Shown in pieces: positions 34,124-44,207 of a stretch of 64,000 nt of DNA. The translations under genes were made by a program, and so were the position numbers. How positions within the stretch are numbered: the stretch's first letter is position 1; the number at the start of each line of letters is the position of its first letter. The notes beneath the pieces were generated by a model. The model was not told the DNA's origin, made no database searches, and saw only the letters and a list, made by a program, of their open reading frames with translations. Source of the stretch: an uncultured Nitrososphaerales archaeon. Its GTDB lineage: Archaea > Thermoproteota > Nitrososphaeria > Nitrososphaerales > Nitrososphaeraceae. The stretch lies in assembly GCA_963713605.1 (NCBI GenBank), contig CAVQMO010000010.1, positions 736,001 to 800,000 of the forward strand. The letters are read 5' to 3'.

Positions 34124-34465
34124 TCAGTACCCTGACCTCTTTCGTTCTCGATTTACGTAATTCTTGTCCATATATACATCCAACACATCTTGTGGAGTCA
34201 TTTGTAGCTCCAGAGCAACTTGGATTACAAAATGTAGTATGTCAATCAATTCGGTTTGAGCAATTTTGACTTCAAAACCAGAAGGTCTTTTCCACCACTT
34301 CCAACTCGTGAGGTCTTGTAACTCGATGGCCTCGTGAATGATCGCTGTCATTAGCGCTGAAACCCTCTCTTCAGTCTTTTTTGGATACCTATCTGCCACC
34401 AAATATTCCACTAACTTCTTTTGTTCATCAAAGATTTTCTCTAACCTATCTTGATTATGATTCAT
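34124..34465 (-). CDS. Dimeric all-alpha dUTPase-family protein
   Basis: HEAIELQD..SWKWWK, ELIDILHF and YMDKNYVNRER..SGY. Confidence 0.82.
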   Translation of the reverse strand: MNHNQDRLEKIFDEQKKLVEYLVADRYPKKTEERVSALMTAIIHEAIELQDLTSWKWWKRPSGFEVKIAQTELIDILHFVIQVALELQMTPQDVLDVYMDKNYVNRERKRSGY

Positions 34466-34610
34466 TCCATTCTTAGTCTGGTACTTAACATATATGAGAA
34501 CTTCTGGCTCTAACAAAGCTGGAATTATAGGATACTATGAGACAACTGGTCTACAAGGGAACCTTTTTATTGTAGCCTGTGTGCTTTCACTTCCAAAGTG
34601 ATAAATTGAA

Positions 34611-34865
34611 TTGTCGTCCCCCGCGTCATCACAACAATCCAAAAGACCATTAACAATATTACAGCGTTCAGTGAATAGACGAGTGGCAGTACGATTGAAA
34701 AGTGAAATAGAATATCGAGGGAGGATGAGTAATGTAGATACATATATGAATTTGATATTAGTCGATGCTGAGGAATTCAATCGACAAGATCTGTTAGCAA
34801 ATTACGGAAAGGTAGTTATTCGAGGAAATAATGTTCTATTTATAAGACTGGAGAAAGATCTTTGA
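34611..34865 (+). CDS. Sm-like archaeal protein (Lsm/SmAP)
   Basis: RPL, Sm1 motif YRGRMSNVDTYMNLILVDAEE and Sm2 motif VVIRGNNVLFI. Confidence 0.93.
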   Translation: MSSPASSQQSKRPLTILQRSVNRRVAVRLKSEIEYRGRMSNVDTYMNLILVDAEEFNRQDLLANYGKVVIRGNNVLFIRLEKDL

Positions 34866-34901
34866 TGGTCTTCTTGTGAGAATTAAGGTATATGGTGACT
34901 A

Positions 34902-36062
34902 ATGGTAAGAAGGTATATATTCACTTCGGAAAGCGTAACAGAAGGTCACCCTGACAAGATATGCGATCAGGTTTCTGATTCTATCTTAGATGAGTTTCTT
35001 GCAAGTGACTCAGAGTCTAGAGTCGCAGTAGAGTCATTAACTTCCACCGGAATAGTTTTTGTCGCAGGAGAGGTTACATCAAGACGTAGGATCGATATAC
35101 AAAAGGTGGTAAGAACCGTGATACGTGAGATCGGATACGATCGACCCGAATACGGTTTTGATTCCGAATCTTGTTCTGTGATAGAATCTATACACGAACA
35201 AAGTCCTGATATTTCTTTGGGGGTCACTCCTAGTATGCATAGAGAACAGGGAGCAGGTGATCAAGGCTTAATGTTTGGATATGCAACTAATGAAACCGCG
35301 GAACTCATGCCGCTACCTATCATAATGGCTCACAAACTCTCAATGAAGCTGTCTACCCTCAGAAAGCAGAAAAAACTAGGTTGGATAAGACCTGATGGTA
35401 AATCCCAAGTTTCGGTCGTTTATGAGGGTACAAAGCCGGTAAGGATTGATACTGTCGTGATTTCAACCCAACATGCTCCAGACATAAGCCTGGGCCAATT
35501 GAGGGAGGAGATTGTAGGTAAAGTGATAAAGGAAATCTGTTCGGAGTGGATAACCCCAAATTCGAAATTTTTGGTCAACCCGACTGGAAGATTTGTTATT
35601 GGCGGTCCTCAGGCTGACACCGGTTTGACGGGAAGGAAGGTAATCGCAGACACTTACGGTGGTGCAGGAAGACATGGTGGAGGAGCATTTTCAGGCAAGG
35701 ATCCATCCAAAGTTGATAGATCGGCATGTTATATGGCTAGGTATATAGCTAAAAATATAGTAGCTGCTGGGCTGGCAGACAAATGTGAAGTGCAACTGGC
35801 ATATGCAATAGGATTGCCAGATCCCGTCTCTGTGATGGTGAATACGTTTGGGACGTCTGCAATCGACGATGAATTAATCGAGGAACGAGTAAAAAATTCA
35901 TTCGAAATGAAGCCCGCTGATATTATCAGGATTTTAGATTTGAAAAGGCCTATTTATAAAAAGACAGCTGCATACGGACATTTTGGGAGAAATGAACCTG
36001 AATTTACATGGGAAAGGACTGATAAGGTGTCAGATCTGGCCGGCGGAGCTATCGATAGATGA
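34902..36062 (+). CDS. metK: S-adenosylmethionine synthetase, bacterial/eukaryotic type
   Basis: Motifs [47 protein letters not shown] and TAAYGHFGR. Confidence 0.97.
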   Translation: MVRRYIFTSESVTEGHPDKICDQVSDSILDEFLASDSESRVAVESLTSTGIVFVAGEVTSRRRIDIQKVVRTVIREIGYDRPEYGFDSESCSVIESIHEQSPDISLGVTPSMHREQGAGDQGLMFGYATNETAELMPLPIIMAHKLSMKLSTLRKQKKLGWIRPDGKSQVSVVYEGTKPVRIDTVVISTQHAPDISLGQLREEIVGKVIKEICSEWITPNSKFLVNPTGRFVIGGPQADTGLTGRKVIADTYGGAGRHGGGAFSGKDPSKVDRSACYMARYIAKNIVAAGLADKCEVQLAYAIGLPDPVSVMVNTFGTSAIDDELIEERVKNSFEMKPADIIRILDLKRPIYKKTAAYGHFGRNEPEFTWERTDKVSDLAGGAIDR

Positions 36063-36189
36063 CTTGAATATTATAGCCCACGATGGAGAAAAAGCGTACC
36101 CCAATCCGCAACTCGATTCTTGGCTAGAGTTTAAATCGTTCAAAATGTTCGCATTTACAATATTTTTACTAGATTCTTGTGAAACATGA

Positions 36190-36963
36190 TTGGCCCTGGC
36201 TAACAAAGTCGCTCTAGTCACTGGTTCATCTAGTGGTATCGGGTTCGCAATATCTAAAGAATTTGCTGAAAATCAAGGAGCGACGGTGTTGATATGTTCT
36301 AGAAATATCAATGATGCTATCAGGGCCTCACAAGGGATCAAAGGAAATACTCAGGCTATCAAATTAGATGTTACTAACGAGAGAGATGTAAGATCAGTTG
36401 TAAAAGGAACGGTATTGGATCACGGGGGTATTGATATCCTGGTGAATAGTGCCGGGCATCGGTTCGAGAATGCGATCTGGTACAAGAAATATCATCAGAT
36501 GACCGATCAAGCCTTGGATGCTATTTTGGAAGTCGATCTTAAGGGTACAATACATATGACAAGGGCATTTCTTCCAAGCATGATAAGAAAAACTAATCGC
36601 TCTCGTGGCATTTCAGGCGTAATTATTAATATTGCCTCGACGCCTGCATTGTCAGGTCATACGGAAGGTGCCCCTTATACTATTGCCAAGGCAGCCGTTG
36701 TTGCTGTAACCAAGCACATTGCTCTAGAATATGGGAATAAGAATATTAGAGCATACACTCTTGCGCTAGGAAATATTGCAACGGATGCCACTTATTATTC
36801 TATGACTAAGCAAGGAAGGAAGAGAGCAATTATTGGACCGGCTATGAAGAGGTGGGGTTCAGCGGAAGAGGTCGCCAGAGTGGCCGCGTGCCTGGGAAGT
36901 GAAAGCTTTTCATATGCTACCGGCAATACTATAGTAGTCGACGGAGGCAAAGTAATTGTTTAA
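36190..36963 (+). CDS. Short-chain dehydrogenase/reductase
   Basis: TGSSSGIG, LVNSAG, the YxxxK motif YTIAK and VVDGG. Confidence 0.92.
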   Translation: MALANKVALVTGSSSGIGFAISKEFAENQGATVLICSRNINDAIRASQGIKGNTQAIKLDVTNERDVRSVVKGTVLDHGGIDILVNSAGHRFENAIWYKKYHQMTDQALDAILEVDLKGTIHMTRAFLPSMIRKTNRSRGISGVIINIASTPALSGHTEGAPYTIAKAAVVAVTKHIALEYGNKNIRAYTLALGNIATDATYYSMTKQGRKRAIIGPAMKRWGSAEEVARVAACLGSESFSYATGNTIVVDGGKVIV

Positions 36964-37074
36964 AAATCATATTTTTATTTGGAACAATGAAAAGAGATAT
37001 TTATAACTTGGTAGATAGCAAATGATTACGGGCATATTAAGGAAGATACGAACAACTTCCGTTTCGATGTAAAA

Positions 37075-38182
37075 TTGAAGGTCAATAGTTCTACACTTAG
37101 AAAAGGATATACTACTGGCACCTCAGCTGCGGCTGCCACTAAAGCGAGCACTGATTCAACTTCTATTGGAGGAGGAAGTAGATTGTGTGGAAGTTACGTT
37201 GCCAAGGGGAGGAAAGATTGTCATACGAATTGAGTGGACTCGAGCTGGTAGCGGATATGTGACCTGTGCTGTCACAAAGGATGGTGGAGACGACCCTGAT
37301 GCTACCCACGGCGCGCAGATCCTATCTACTGTTTCACTAAATAATGACGTCGGTACTATCAGAATAGAAGGAGGGAAAGGTGTCGGACGCGTAACAAAAC
37401 CTGGGTTAGGCCTTCCAATAGGTGCAGCTGCGATAAATCCTGTGCCATCCATGATGATCAAGGCAGCTGCTTTGGAGATTCTGGGGGAACTGATTGAAAC
37501 TAAAGGTATTACAGTAGAAATATCGGTACCTAGGGGGGAGACCATCGCGCAAAAAACTGATAATCCACGTTTAGGTATCCTGGGTGGAATATCGATACTG
37601 GGAACAACGGGAATTGTTATACCTTATTCTACGGCATCATTTGCGGCATCTATCCGACAAAGTCTAGATGTAGCATTGGCAATGGGTGTTGACACCGTTG
37701 CCTTGACAACAGGCGGCCGGAGTGAGGAGTTTGTTAAAAAATTTTTCAATGACGCTCTCCCAGAACATTCCCTTATACAGATGGGGGACTTTGTAGGGTA
37801 TGCAATAAAGCAATGTCAAATCAAGAAAGTGAAGAATGTCGCCATTGCTGGCTTTATTGGGAAGCTAACAAAGATGGCAATGGGAGTAAAACAGACTCAT
37901 GTCAAAGGTTCTCATGTCGACATGGAATTCATGGCAAACATTGCAAGAGATTGCGCCTGCTCCGCAGAGATATTATCCAAAATATTGAAAGCTAATACAG
38001 CGCGTCACGTTCAAGAGATAATAACGGAGCATGATATAACCGGATACTTTGACATGATCTGCAAACACGCTCATACATCATTGATCAAAAATGACCACCG
38101 TTCATTGAATCTCCAAATTGTAATGTTTGATTTCGATGGAAAGGTGTGTGGCCTTTACCCGAGAACAAAGCATAGCCAATAA
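37075..38182 (+). CDS. cbiD: Cobalt-precorrin-5B C1-methyltransferase (frameshift near 37148; start approximate)
   Basis: The upstream frame gives LRKGYTTGTSAAAATKA. The main ORF has KDGGDDPDATHG, GVGRVTKPGL, AINPVP and NPRLGILGGISILGTTGIV. Confidence 0.92.
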
Positions 38183-38313
38183 TAATATAAATTAAGGGGT
38201 GTGATGGTAAGATGTGGATCTTTCCTACATTTTGTCCGCGTAGATTTCAACGGCTCTCTTCCTTGGAATAAGAATAAAAGAGGGTTTAAGAACCCAAGCC
38301 AGTAGGATCCAAT

Positions 38314-39396
38314 CTGTACCACCCGAGACCGCCCGCCATTAGTGTAGTAGCAATAACCAAGAATGGAATTAGAATAGCCAAGCGTATAAGAACCAATTGG
38401 CCAGAGGTCAAGATCTATGTTCCTCAAAAGTATTATGAATCATCAAATGATATTCATTGGTTCGAGGAGCCGACCTCTCAAATAATGGAAAAGCTATTCA
38501 AGACCAACAGTGCATTAATTTGCATTTTTTCTCTTGGAGCAGTGATCCGACTTATTGCTCCTCTTATAAGTAACAAGAAATATGATCCCGCAGTTGTAGT
38601 TATCGACGATAAGGCGAAATTTATCATTAGTGCATTATCTGGTCATCTAGGTGGAGCGAATTCTTTAGCAACAGAGCTATCGACCTTTTTCGAAGGAAGC
38701 ATGGCGGTTATAACTACCGCTGCCGACGTTAATCAGACTATAGCTGTGGACATTTTAGGGAGGAATCTAGGATGGACAATAGATGGCCTAGATACAGTTA
38801 CACAAGTAAGCGCCTGCATGGTCAATGAAATGCCTATGGGGCTTTACCAAGACTCTGGAGAGCGCAATTGGTGGCCAAGTAAGGGTCTTCCTCGGAACGT
38901 CAGACCATTGTCAGAACTTGATAATCTGAAATCTAAAGAGTTCGTTGCAGGCCTTATAATTACAGATAGGATTCTAAGAGATGAGGAAATTTCATCTAAA
39001 TCGGTAATCTACAGACCTAAGAGTCTTGTAGTAGGGATCGGGATGCATTGGAATACGAGCAAGGAAGCGATAGAATCGGCAATATTTGACGTATTCCAGG
39101 GCAATTGTCTAAGCATTAAGAGTATAAGAAATCTAGCTACAATTAAAAATAAAGCCCAGGCTAGTGGATTGAATGATTTTTCAAGAACATACCAAATTCC
39201 AATAGAATCCTTCAATGACGATCAGCTTTCTAGAATGCAGGTTCCTAATCCGTCTGAACTAGTGGGACGGTTTCAGGGCACTAAGAGTGTATCTGAAGCC
39301 GCTGCGCTATTGAGCTCTAAAGGGGTTCTGGTGGTCCCCAAGCTTAAATTTCCGCCTGACCTAACTCTTTCTGTTGCAAGGATGGAATATAAATAA
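38314..39396 (+). CDS. cbiG: Cobalt-precorrin-5A hydrolase
   Basis: In-frame N-terminal extension ISVVAITKNG from a CTG at 38314, then DPAVVVID, LSGHLGGAN, VITTAAD, VVGIG and SVSEAAAL. Confidence 0.9.
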   Translation: MYHPRPPAISVVAITKNGIRIAKRIRTNWPEVKIYVPQKYYESSNDIHWFEEPTSQIMEKLFKTNSALICIFSLGAVIRLIAPLISNKKYDPAVVVIDDKAKFIISALSGHLGGANSLATELSTFFEGSMAVITTAADVNQTIAVDILGRNLGWTIDGLDTVTQVSACMVNEMPMGLYQDSGERNWWPSKGLPRNVRPLSELDNLKSKEFVAGLIITDRILRDEEISSKSVIYRPKSLVVGIGMHWNTSKEAIESAIFDVFQGNCLSIKSIRNLATIKNKAQASGLNDFSRTYQIPIESFNDDQLSRMQVPNPSELVGRFQGTKSVSEAAALLSSKGVLVVPKLKFPPDLTLSVARMEYK

Positions 39397-40167
39397 TTGG
39401 TTAAAGCGATGCTGATCGTAGATAGAGGCAGTAGAGAGCCCGAAGTCAAACAAGAGTTGGAGGTTATTTGTTCAACTATTAGCAGGACGTGTCCTGGCAA
39501 GTACGGTTATGCAACTTACTGCTTTTTGGAAGTGGTTCCCCCATATATCGAGGAGGGAATTTCAAAATGCATTGCCAACGGCGCCGACTTCATTACCATC
39601 ATTCCATATTTTCTATATCCAGGTATGAAACTGAAAGATTCTGTGAAGAAAGCCGCATCGATATCTAAGAAGAAAGATGTTCGAGTAGCTATAGCTAAGC
39701 CACTAAGCAAGAACGTAAGGATGGTCGAAGTCGTAATAAATAGAGTCCACGAGGCTAAGCGAGAGCACTCACTACTGCTGTCAGACTTAGAGTGCGACTT
39801 ATTACTAATTGGTCATGGTAGTAGTGATAGAAGGGCTAGAGAAGCATTCGACTACGTGGTAGATTTGCTTAGACCTCATTTTAGACGCGTCCGATTCTGT
39901 TTCCTTGAGCTCGACGAGCCTGATATCATGAAGGGCATCAGAAATTCCTTGGCCTCTTCACCCAAATGTCTTCTGGTAGTTCCATATTTTTTGCACAAAG
40001 GAGCTCACATTAAGTATGACATAATACGGGAAATCAATTCGTCGATTATGGAACAAAATCCAACTAATTTATACCTCACGGAGCATTTGGGAGCTGACTG
40101 TCAGTTAGCAAATATAGTTTTGGAAAGGGCAATGGAAGTTGAGCGAGGAATCTTCCCCCAGACCTAA
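39397..40167 (+). CDS. cbiX: Sirohydrochlorin cobaltochelatase (two-domain CbiX)
   Basis: RGSRE...FLEVVPP...PYFLYPG in domain 1 and GHGSSD...FLELDEP...PYFLHKGAHIKYDI in domain 2. Confidence 0.9.
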   Translation: MVKAMLIVDRGSREPEVKQELEVICSTISRTCPGKYGYATYCFLEVVPPYIEEGISKCIANGADFITIIPYFLYPGMKLKDSVKKAASISKKKDVRVAIAKPLSKNVRMVEVVINRVHEAKREHSLLLSDLECDLLLIGHGSSDRRAREAFDYVVDLLRPHFRRVRFCFLELDEPDIMKGIRNSLASSPKCLLVVPYFLHKGAHIKYDIIREINSSIMEQNPTNLYLTEHLGADCQLANIVLERAMEVERGIFPQT

Positions 40168-40837
40168 TTACTACAACGCAGATCATGATCTGCGCAATAT
40201 GTCAACAAAAGCATTTGGGATTGAGAATAAGAGTTTCGCAATAATAGATAGTGAAGTGGGAGTACATACGTACAGTGAACTTGAATGGGCAATCGTGAGG
40301 AGGGTAATTCATGCTACGGCCGATTTTGATTTTGCAGGGAAAGAAAAAATTACCTTTCATGGAGCCGTATTCACATCAGCTTTTGCAGCGATTGAAAATG
40401 GCTGCCATCTTGTATCTGATGTAGATATGGTATTATCAGGCATAAACAAGCAACTGGCAAAGGAACTAGATCTGAAAACTCTGTGTAGGATTTCAGATGA
40501 TTCAGTCGCCAAGTACTCTCGTGATAATAATCTAACCCGGTCTCAGGTTGCAATGGATTTTTCAGCAGCTCAGATTCAAAACGGCATAGTTGTTATAGGT
40601 AATGCCCCTACAGCCCTTTTTCAAATAATATCCATGTTCAGAGAAAATAGAGTAAAGCCTGCTCTCATAATTGGAATTCCTGTAGGCTTTATTTCCGCGC
40701 TCGAATCGAAAAAAGAATTATTGCGCACTCCAGTTCCGTCGATTACCAATATCGGACGCAAAGGGGGTAGCGCGGCTGCTTGTTCAATAATCAATGCGTT
40801 AATGCTAATTTATAAGACCAGATCGCGTCAAGATTAG
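40139..40837 (+). CDS. cbiC: Precorrin-8X methylmutase
   Basis: IE..SFAII, RRVIHATADF, IGNAPTAL, IGIPVGFI and GRKGGS. Confidence 0.93.
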   Translation: MSEESSPRPNYYNADHDLRNMSTKAFGIENKSFAIIDSEVGVHTYSELEWAIVRRVIHATADFDFAGKEKITFHGAVFTSAFAAIENGCHLVSDVDMVLSGINKQLAKELDLKTLCRISDDSVAKYSRDNNLTRSQVAMDFSAAQIQNGIVVIGNAPTALFQIISMFRENRVKPALIIGIPVGFISALESKKELLRTPVPSITNIGRKGGSAAACSIINALMLIYKTRSRQD

Positions 40838-41005
40838 TCGAATATTCTGGCAAACTTGATTCTATCAACTGTCAGATGAAAGTTTTTCCTTGACAGGATT
40901 AAAGGTGTCGATCGTCTTGCTCCACGTCTGTATATCAAGTTCTAAACTATATAGTTAGCGAGTAAATCGTATCCATAATATACTTGATGAGACTTCCATA
41001 GATCG

Positions 41006-41458
41006 ATGTTAACGCTGGAATCTATCAAGAAGATAATGACCCACAAGTTAGAAGCGATTCATTTACATGAAACGGCACAGGAAGCTGCTAAGAAGATGAA
41101 GCATAAGGATATAGGCTCATTGTTAGTCGTTGATGAATCCGATGTACATATTGGCATAATAACCGAGAAAGACCTAGCCTCAAAAGTTTGCATGCAGAAC
41201 AAAAAGAGCACGGAGGTATTCGTAAATGACATAATGTCTTCCCCCCTTGTATACATTGATTATAAGGCAACCCTTGAAGAAGCGGCTAAGAGGATGGTTG
41301 ATAACAAGATACAGCATCTGTTGGTAAAAAATGCAAATACCTTGGTTGGCATTCTCACCACAAGTGATCTGAGCACTTACCTAAGGCAACATATTGATTT
41401 GGACGAAGTCAATGCTAGTATTCTAGAATCATTGATGGAACAAGAAAAGACAAGATGA
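41006..41458 (+). CDS. CBS-pair protein
   Basis: IGSLLVVD..GIITEKD and IMSSPL...GILTTSD. Confidence 0.9.
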   Translation: MLTLESIKKIMTHKLEAIHLHETAQEAAKKMKHKDIGSLLVVDESDVHIGIITEKDLASKVCMQNKKSTEVFVNDIMSSPLVYIDYKATLEEAAKRMVDNKIQHLLVKNANTLVGILTTSDLSTYLRQHIDLDEVNASILESLMEQEKTR

Positions 41459-41569
41459 GTCTAAATGTTGGTCGGAAAACCTCTGTGTTCAAGCTTCAGT
41501 AATACAATCAGTACATCTACTCGGCCTATTGGGGGATAGAATTGCCATTGAAAAGGAGACATCTAGCGC

Positions 41570-42004
41570 TTGAAAGAAATAATCACAAGGATAGAAATTA
41601 GATCAAAGCCGGAAAAGGTTTGGAAGATATTAACTGATTTCCAACATTATAAATTATGGAACCCGTTCATAATTGGGATTACTGGGTCTCCTATTAGGGG
41701 TGAGAAGATCGAAATAGAATTAAGAACCGCAGCACAAAAAACACGCGTTTATCATCCAGTGATAACAAAGGTGGATCCACCTACAGAATTAAGATGGTAT
41801 GGAAAGGCGATTCTCCCACTAATATTAGATGGAGAACATATCTTTACAATCCAAGAGAACGAAGAACATGATACAATCTTTACTCAAAAAGAGATATTGA
41901 AGGGTTTAGGATCCTATTTTGGAAATGCCAGAATGTTTGATGATATACGGAAAAGCTTTCAAATGATGAATTCTAGCTTAAAATTAAGAGCAGAGAGTAA
42001 TTAA
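41570..42004 (+). CDS. SRPBCC/START-like domain protein
   Basis: IEI...PEKVWKILTDF..Y..WNPFI, ELRWYG, DGEHIF and MNSSLKLRAE. Confidence 0.88.
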   Translation: MKEIITRIEIRSKPEKVWKILTDFQHYKLWNPFIIGITGSPIRGEKIEIELRTAAQKTRVYHPVITKVDPPTELRWYGKAILPLILDGEHIFTIQENEEHDTIFTQKEILKGLGSYFGNARMFDDIRKSFQMMNSSLKLRAESN

Positions 42005-42445
42005 TACTGACCTCGGCTGAGCATTCTCATATTATTACCAATACCTTTTAGCTAACGCCTTATAGATCAATTTCAATTCCTTAAGTTTGCTGTATTGAGC
42101 CCACAGTACAAGAACTGCCTTGAGTTATGCTCCATTCTGAGAGTGAACTAAAAAATGTTGACTTTCTCTTGACAACTCGCTCAGGCAGTCAAACCTTGAG
42201 GTGGTTAAGGAAGGCTTCAAGCTCACTTTCCGCATGTCAATCTTATTAATGTTTGAAATCAATAATTCCATAATGGCTTGAGCCTTCGTCTTCTACAGCT
42301 TTAGCGATAACATAATCGTAATATGATACAATTAGTGAAATGATGAGTATAGATATTCAAGTAAAGGTGAAGTTAAGATCACTATATCTTGCAATACAAG
42401 TTAATGAGTTAATACAGCTCAGGGATTTTTTCGCGCTCAGTCTAT

Positions 42446-42527
42446 TCTAGTGCAAACCGCCAAAATTCGTCCTGGAAGTCAAGATTTGGACGAAGTCTAG
42501 TGCAAAATTCGTCCTGGAAGTCAAGAT
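42446..42527. repeat. Imperfect direct repeat with a 25-bp identical core
   Basis: caaaattcgtcctggaagtcaagat at 42461-42485 and 42503-42527, each preceded by tctagtgcaaa. Confidence 0.85.
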
Positions 42528-42777
42528 GTAATCTAGTTTTTTTCACTACAGGCTACAGCCTATCTCAGATTTTGGAAGATCAGATTCTCCTTATAGACGA
42601 AGTATCATTCATTATTCGAGATCGCTTCCCATGGTTATGCTTATCTTAAATGCACGTATCGATGAAGCCAAAAAAATAGAAGTTCATCAGTTCTGAGGAA
42701 AATCAAAATCTCTACAAATGGTTACATTAAATGGGGTCTATCGCCTTCTATAATTCTTGCACCTGTCTAAAATTCTT

Positions 42778-44133
42778 CTAAGTAACTCTAGGATCAGCAA
42801 AATGTAAGTGCATATATGATGCAACACATGCATTATATGTTAAACCATCGTACTTCCCATTAATTCCTCGACCTCTTTGCATCTCAAATGAGAATTGAGA
42901 ATCTGAAGATAAGTTTACTAACTCAGAATAGTGAAATTCGTGGCCGTGAATATGAGAAATTCGACCCATTAGCTCACCACTACTTTGAGCCTCTGTATAC
43001 CCTATTGTAACACGGTCGGTCATAGACGTTTCTGTATCAAAAATATTGACCATCGAATATCTTCCCTGCTTCTGTCTTCGATTGTCATTTATTACTTTTG
43101 TCAGGTACATTAGACCGCCACATTCTGCAAGTGTGGGCATTCCATTGACAATCGATTTGTGTATTGACTTTTTCATTGAATTGTTCATTTCTAATCGTCG
43201 TGCCAAAATTTCAGGAAAACCTCCACCTATCAAGAGTCCGTCAACATCCTTAGGTACTGACTTATCCTTGATAGGACTAAAAAAAACTAGAGAAACATCA
43301 TTTTTCCTAAGTGACCTTAGATTATCATAATAATAAAAATTAAATGATTCATCAAATGCGACTGCAATTTTGCATGAGGGCTCTCTTTCATTTTTAAGTA
43401 GCCGGGGAGATCTTTTTTGATTTCTTTCGTTGGTCTTAATCGGCAGTATGCTATCAAGGTTGATCTGATCAGCAACATATTTAGCACAATTTAGAATAAC
43501 ATTTTTAGTCTTGCCTTTGATTTCAATAGGGGGGATAAGCCCCAAATATCTTTCGGCAGAACGGATCTCCTCATTTCGGTAAATGATCCCCAAAAGCTTT
43601 TTCTTTACATGAATACCCAATGCTTCGAGTATCATGTTTGAATGTTTTTGGCTCCCAACATTGTTTATGATAATCCCTGCAACATTCAGGCAAGGATCAA
43701 ACTTTGTATACCCAAGAATCATGGCAGCTACAGATTGTGAAGTTCTGGCTGCATCTACCACTAATATAACTGATGCATCGAGTAACTTTGAAATATGAGC
43801 AGTGCTTCCGAAATTCCTCTTCCCAGAGATCCCGTCAAATAGGCCCATTACCCCCTCAATTACTGAGAGATCTGCGTCCCAAGAGCTTCTATCAAAGCAT
43901 TCTAAAACTCCTTTTTTTCCCATTAACCAGAGATCAAGGTTCCTTGATTGACGACCAGTGACAAACGTATGGTAACAAGGATCGATAAAGTCTGGACCAA
44001 TCTTAAAGGGTTGAACAATAAATCCACATTCTACAAGTTTATGCATAATTCCCATTGATACTGTCGTTTTTCCTACTCCACTAGTTGTTCCAGCGATGAC
44101 AATCACTGGCTTTTGCAACAAGTACCTTCTCAC
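42778..44133 (-). CDS. cbiA: Cobyrinate a,c-diamide synthase
   Basis: SGVGKTT, FKIGPDFIDP, EGVMGLFDG, FNFYY, GGGFPE, AECGGLMYL, HEFHYS and SYMHLHF. Confidence 0.95.
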   Translation of the reverse strand: MRRYLLQKPVIVIAGTTSGVGKTTVSMGIMHKLVECGFIVQPFKIGPDFIDPCYHTFVTGRQSRNLDLWLMGKKGVLECFDRSSWDADLSVIEGVMGLFDGISGKRNFGSTAHISKLLDASVILVVDAARTSQSVAAMILGYTKFDPCLNVAGIIINNVGSQKHSNMILEALGIHVKKKLLGIIYRNEEIRSAERYLGLIPPIEIKGKTKNVILNCAKYVADQINLDSILPIKTNERNQKRSPRLLKNEREPSCKIAVAFDESFNFYYYDNLRSLRKNDVSLVFFSPIKDKSVPKDVDGLLIGGGFPEILARRLEMNNSMKKSIHKSIVNGMPTLAECGGLMYLTKVINDNRRQKQGRYSMVNIFDTETSMTDRVTIGYTEAQSSGELMGRISHIHGHEFHYSELVNLSSDSQFSFEMQRGRGINGKYDGLTYNACVASYMHLHFADPRVT

Positions 44134-44207
44134 CTCATGAATTAGGTTTAGTAGTATTCCGACTCAAATTGTACTCGTAAAATGGTTGTCTGAAATATCT
44201 GTAGTGG

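Noticed and set aside
38183..38340. Cobalamin riboswitch between cbiD and cbiG
   Set aside because: The ordered B12-element motifs (GGGAA...GCAACTGT/GCCACTG...AGCCAG) are not present, and part of the region is the cbiG N-terminus.
42446..42527. Possible mini CRISPR array
   Set aside because: Only two copies, a 17-bp spacer that itself repeats flanking sequence, and no cas genes in the window.
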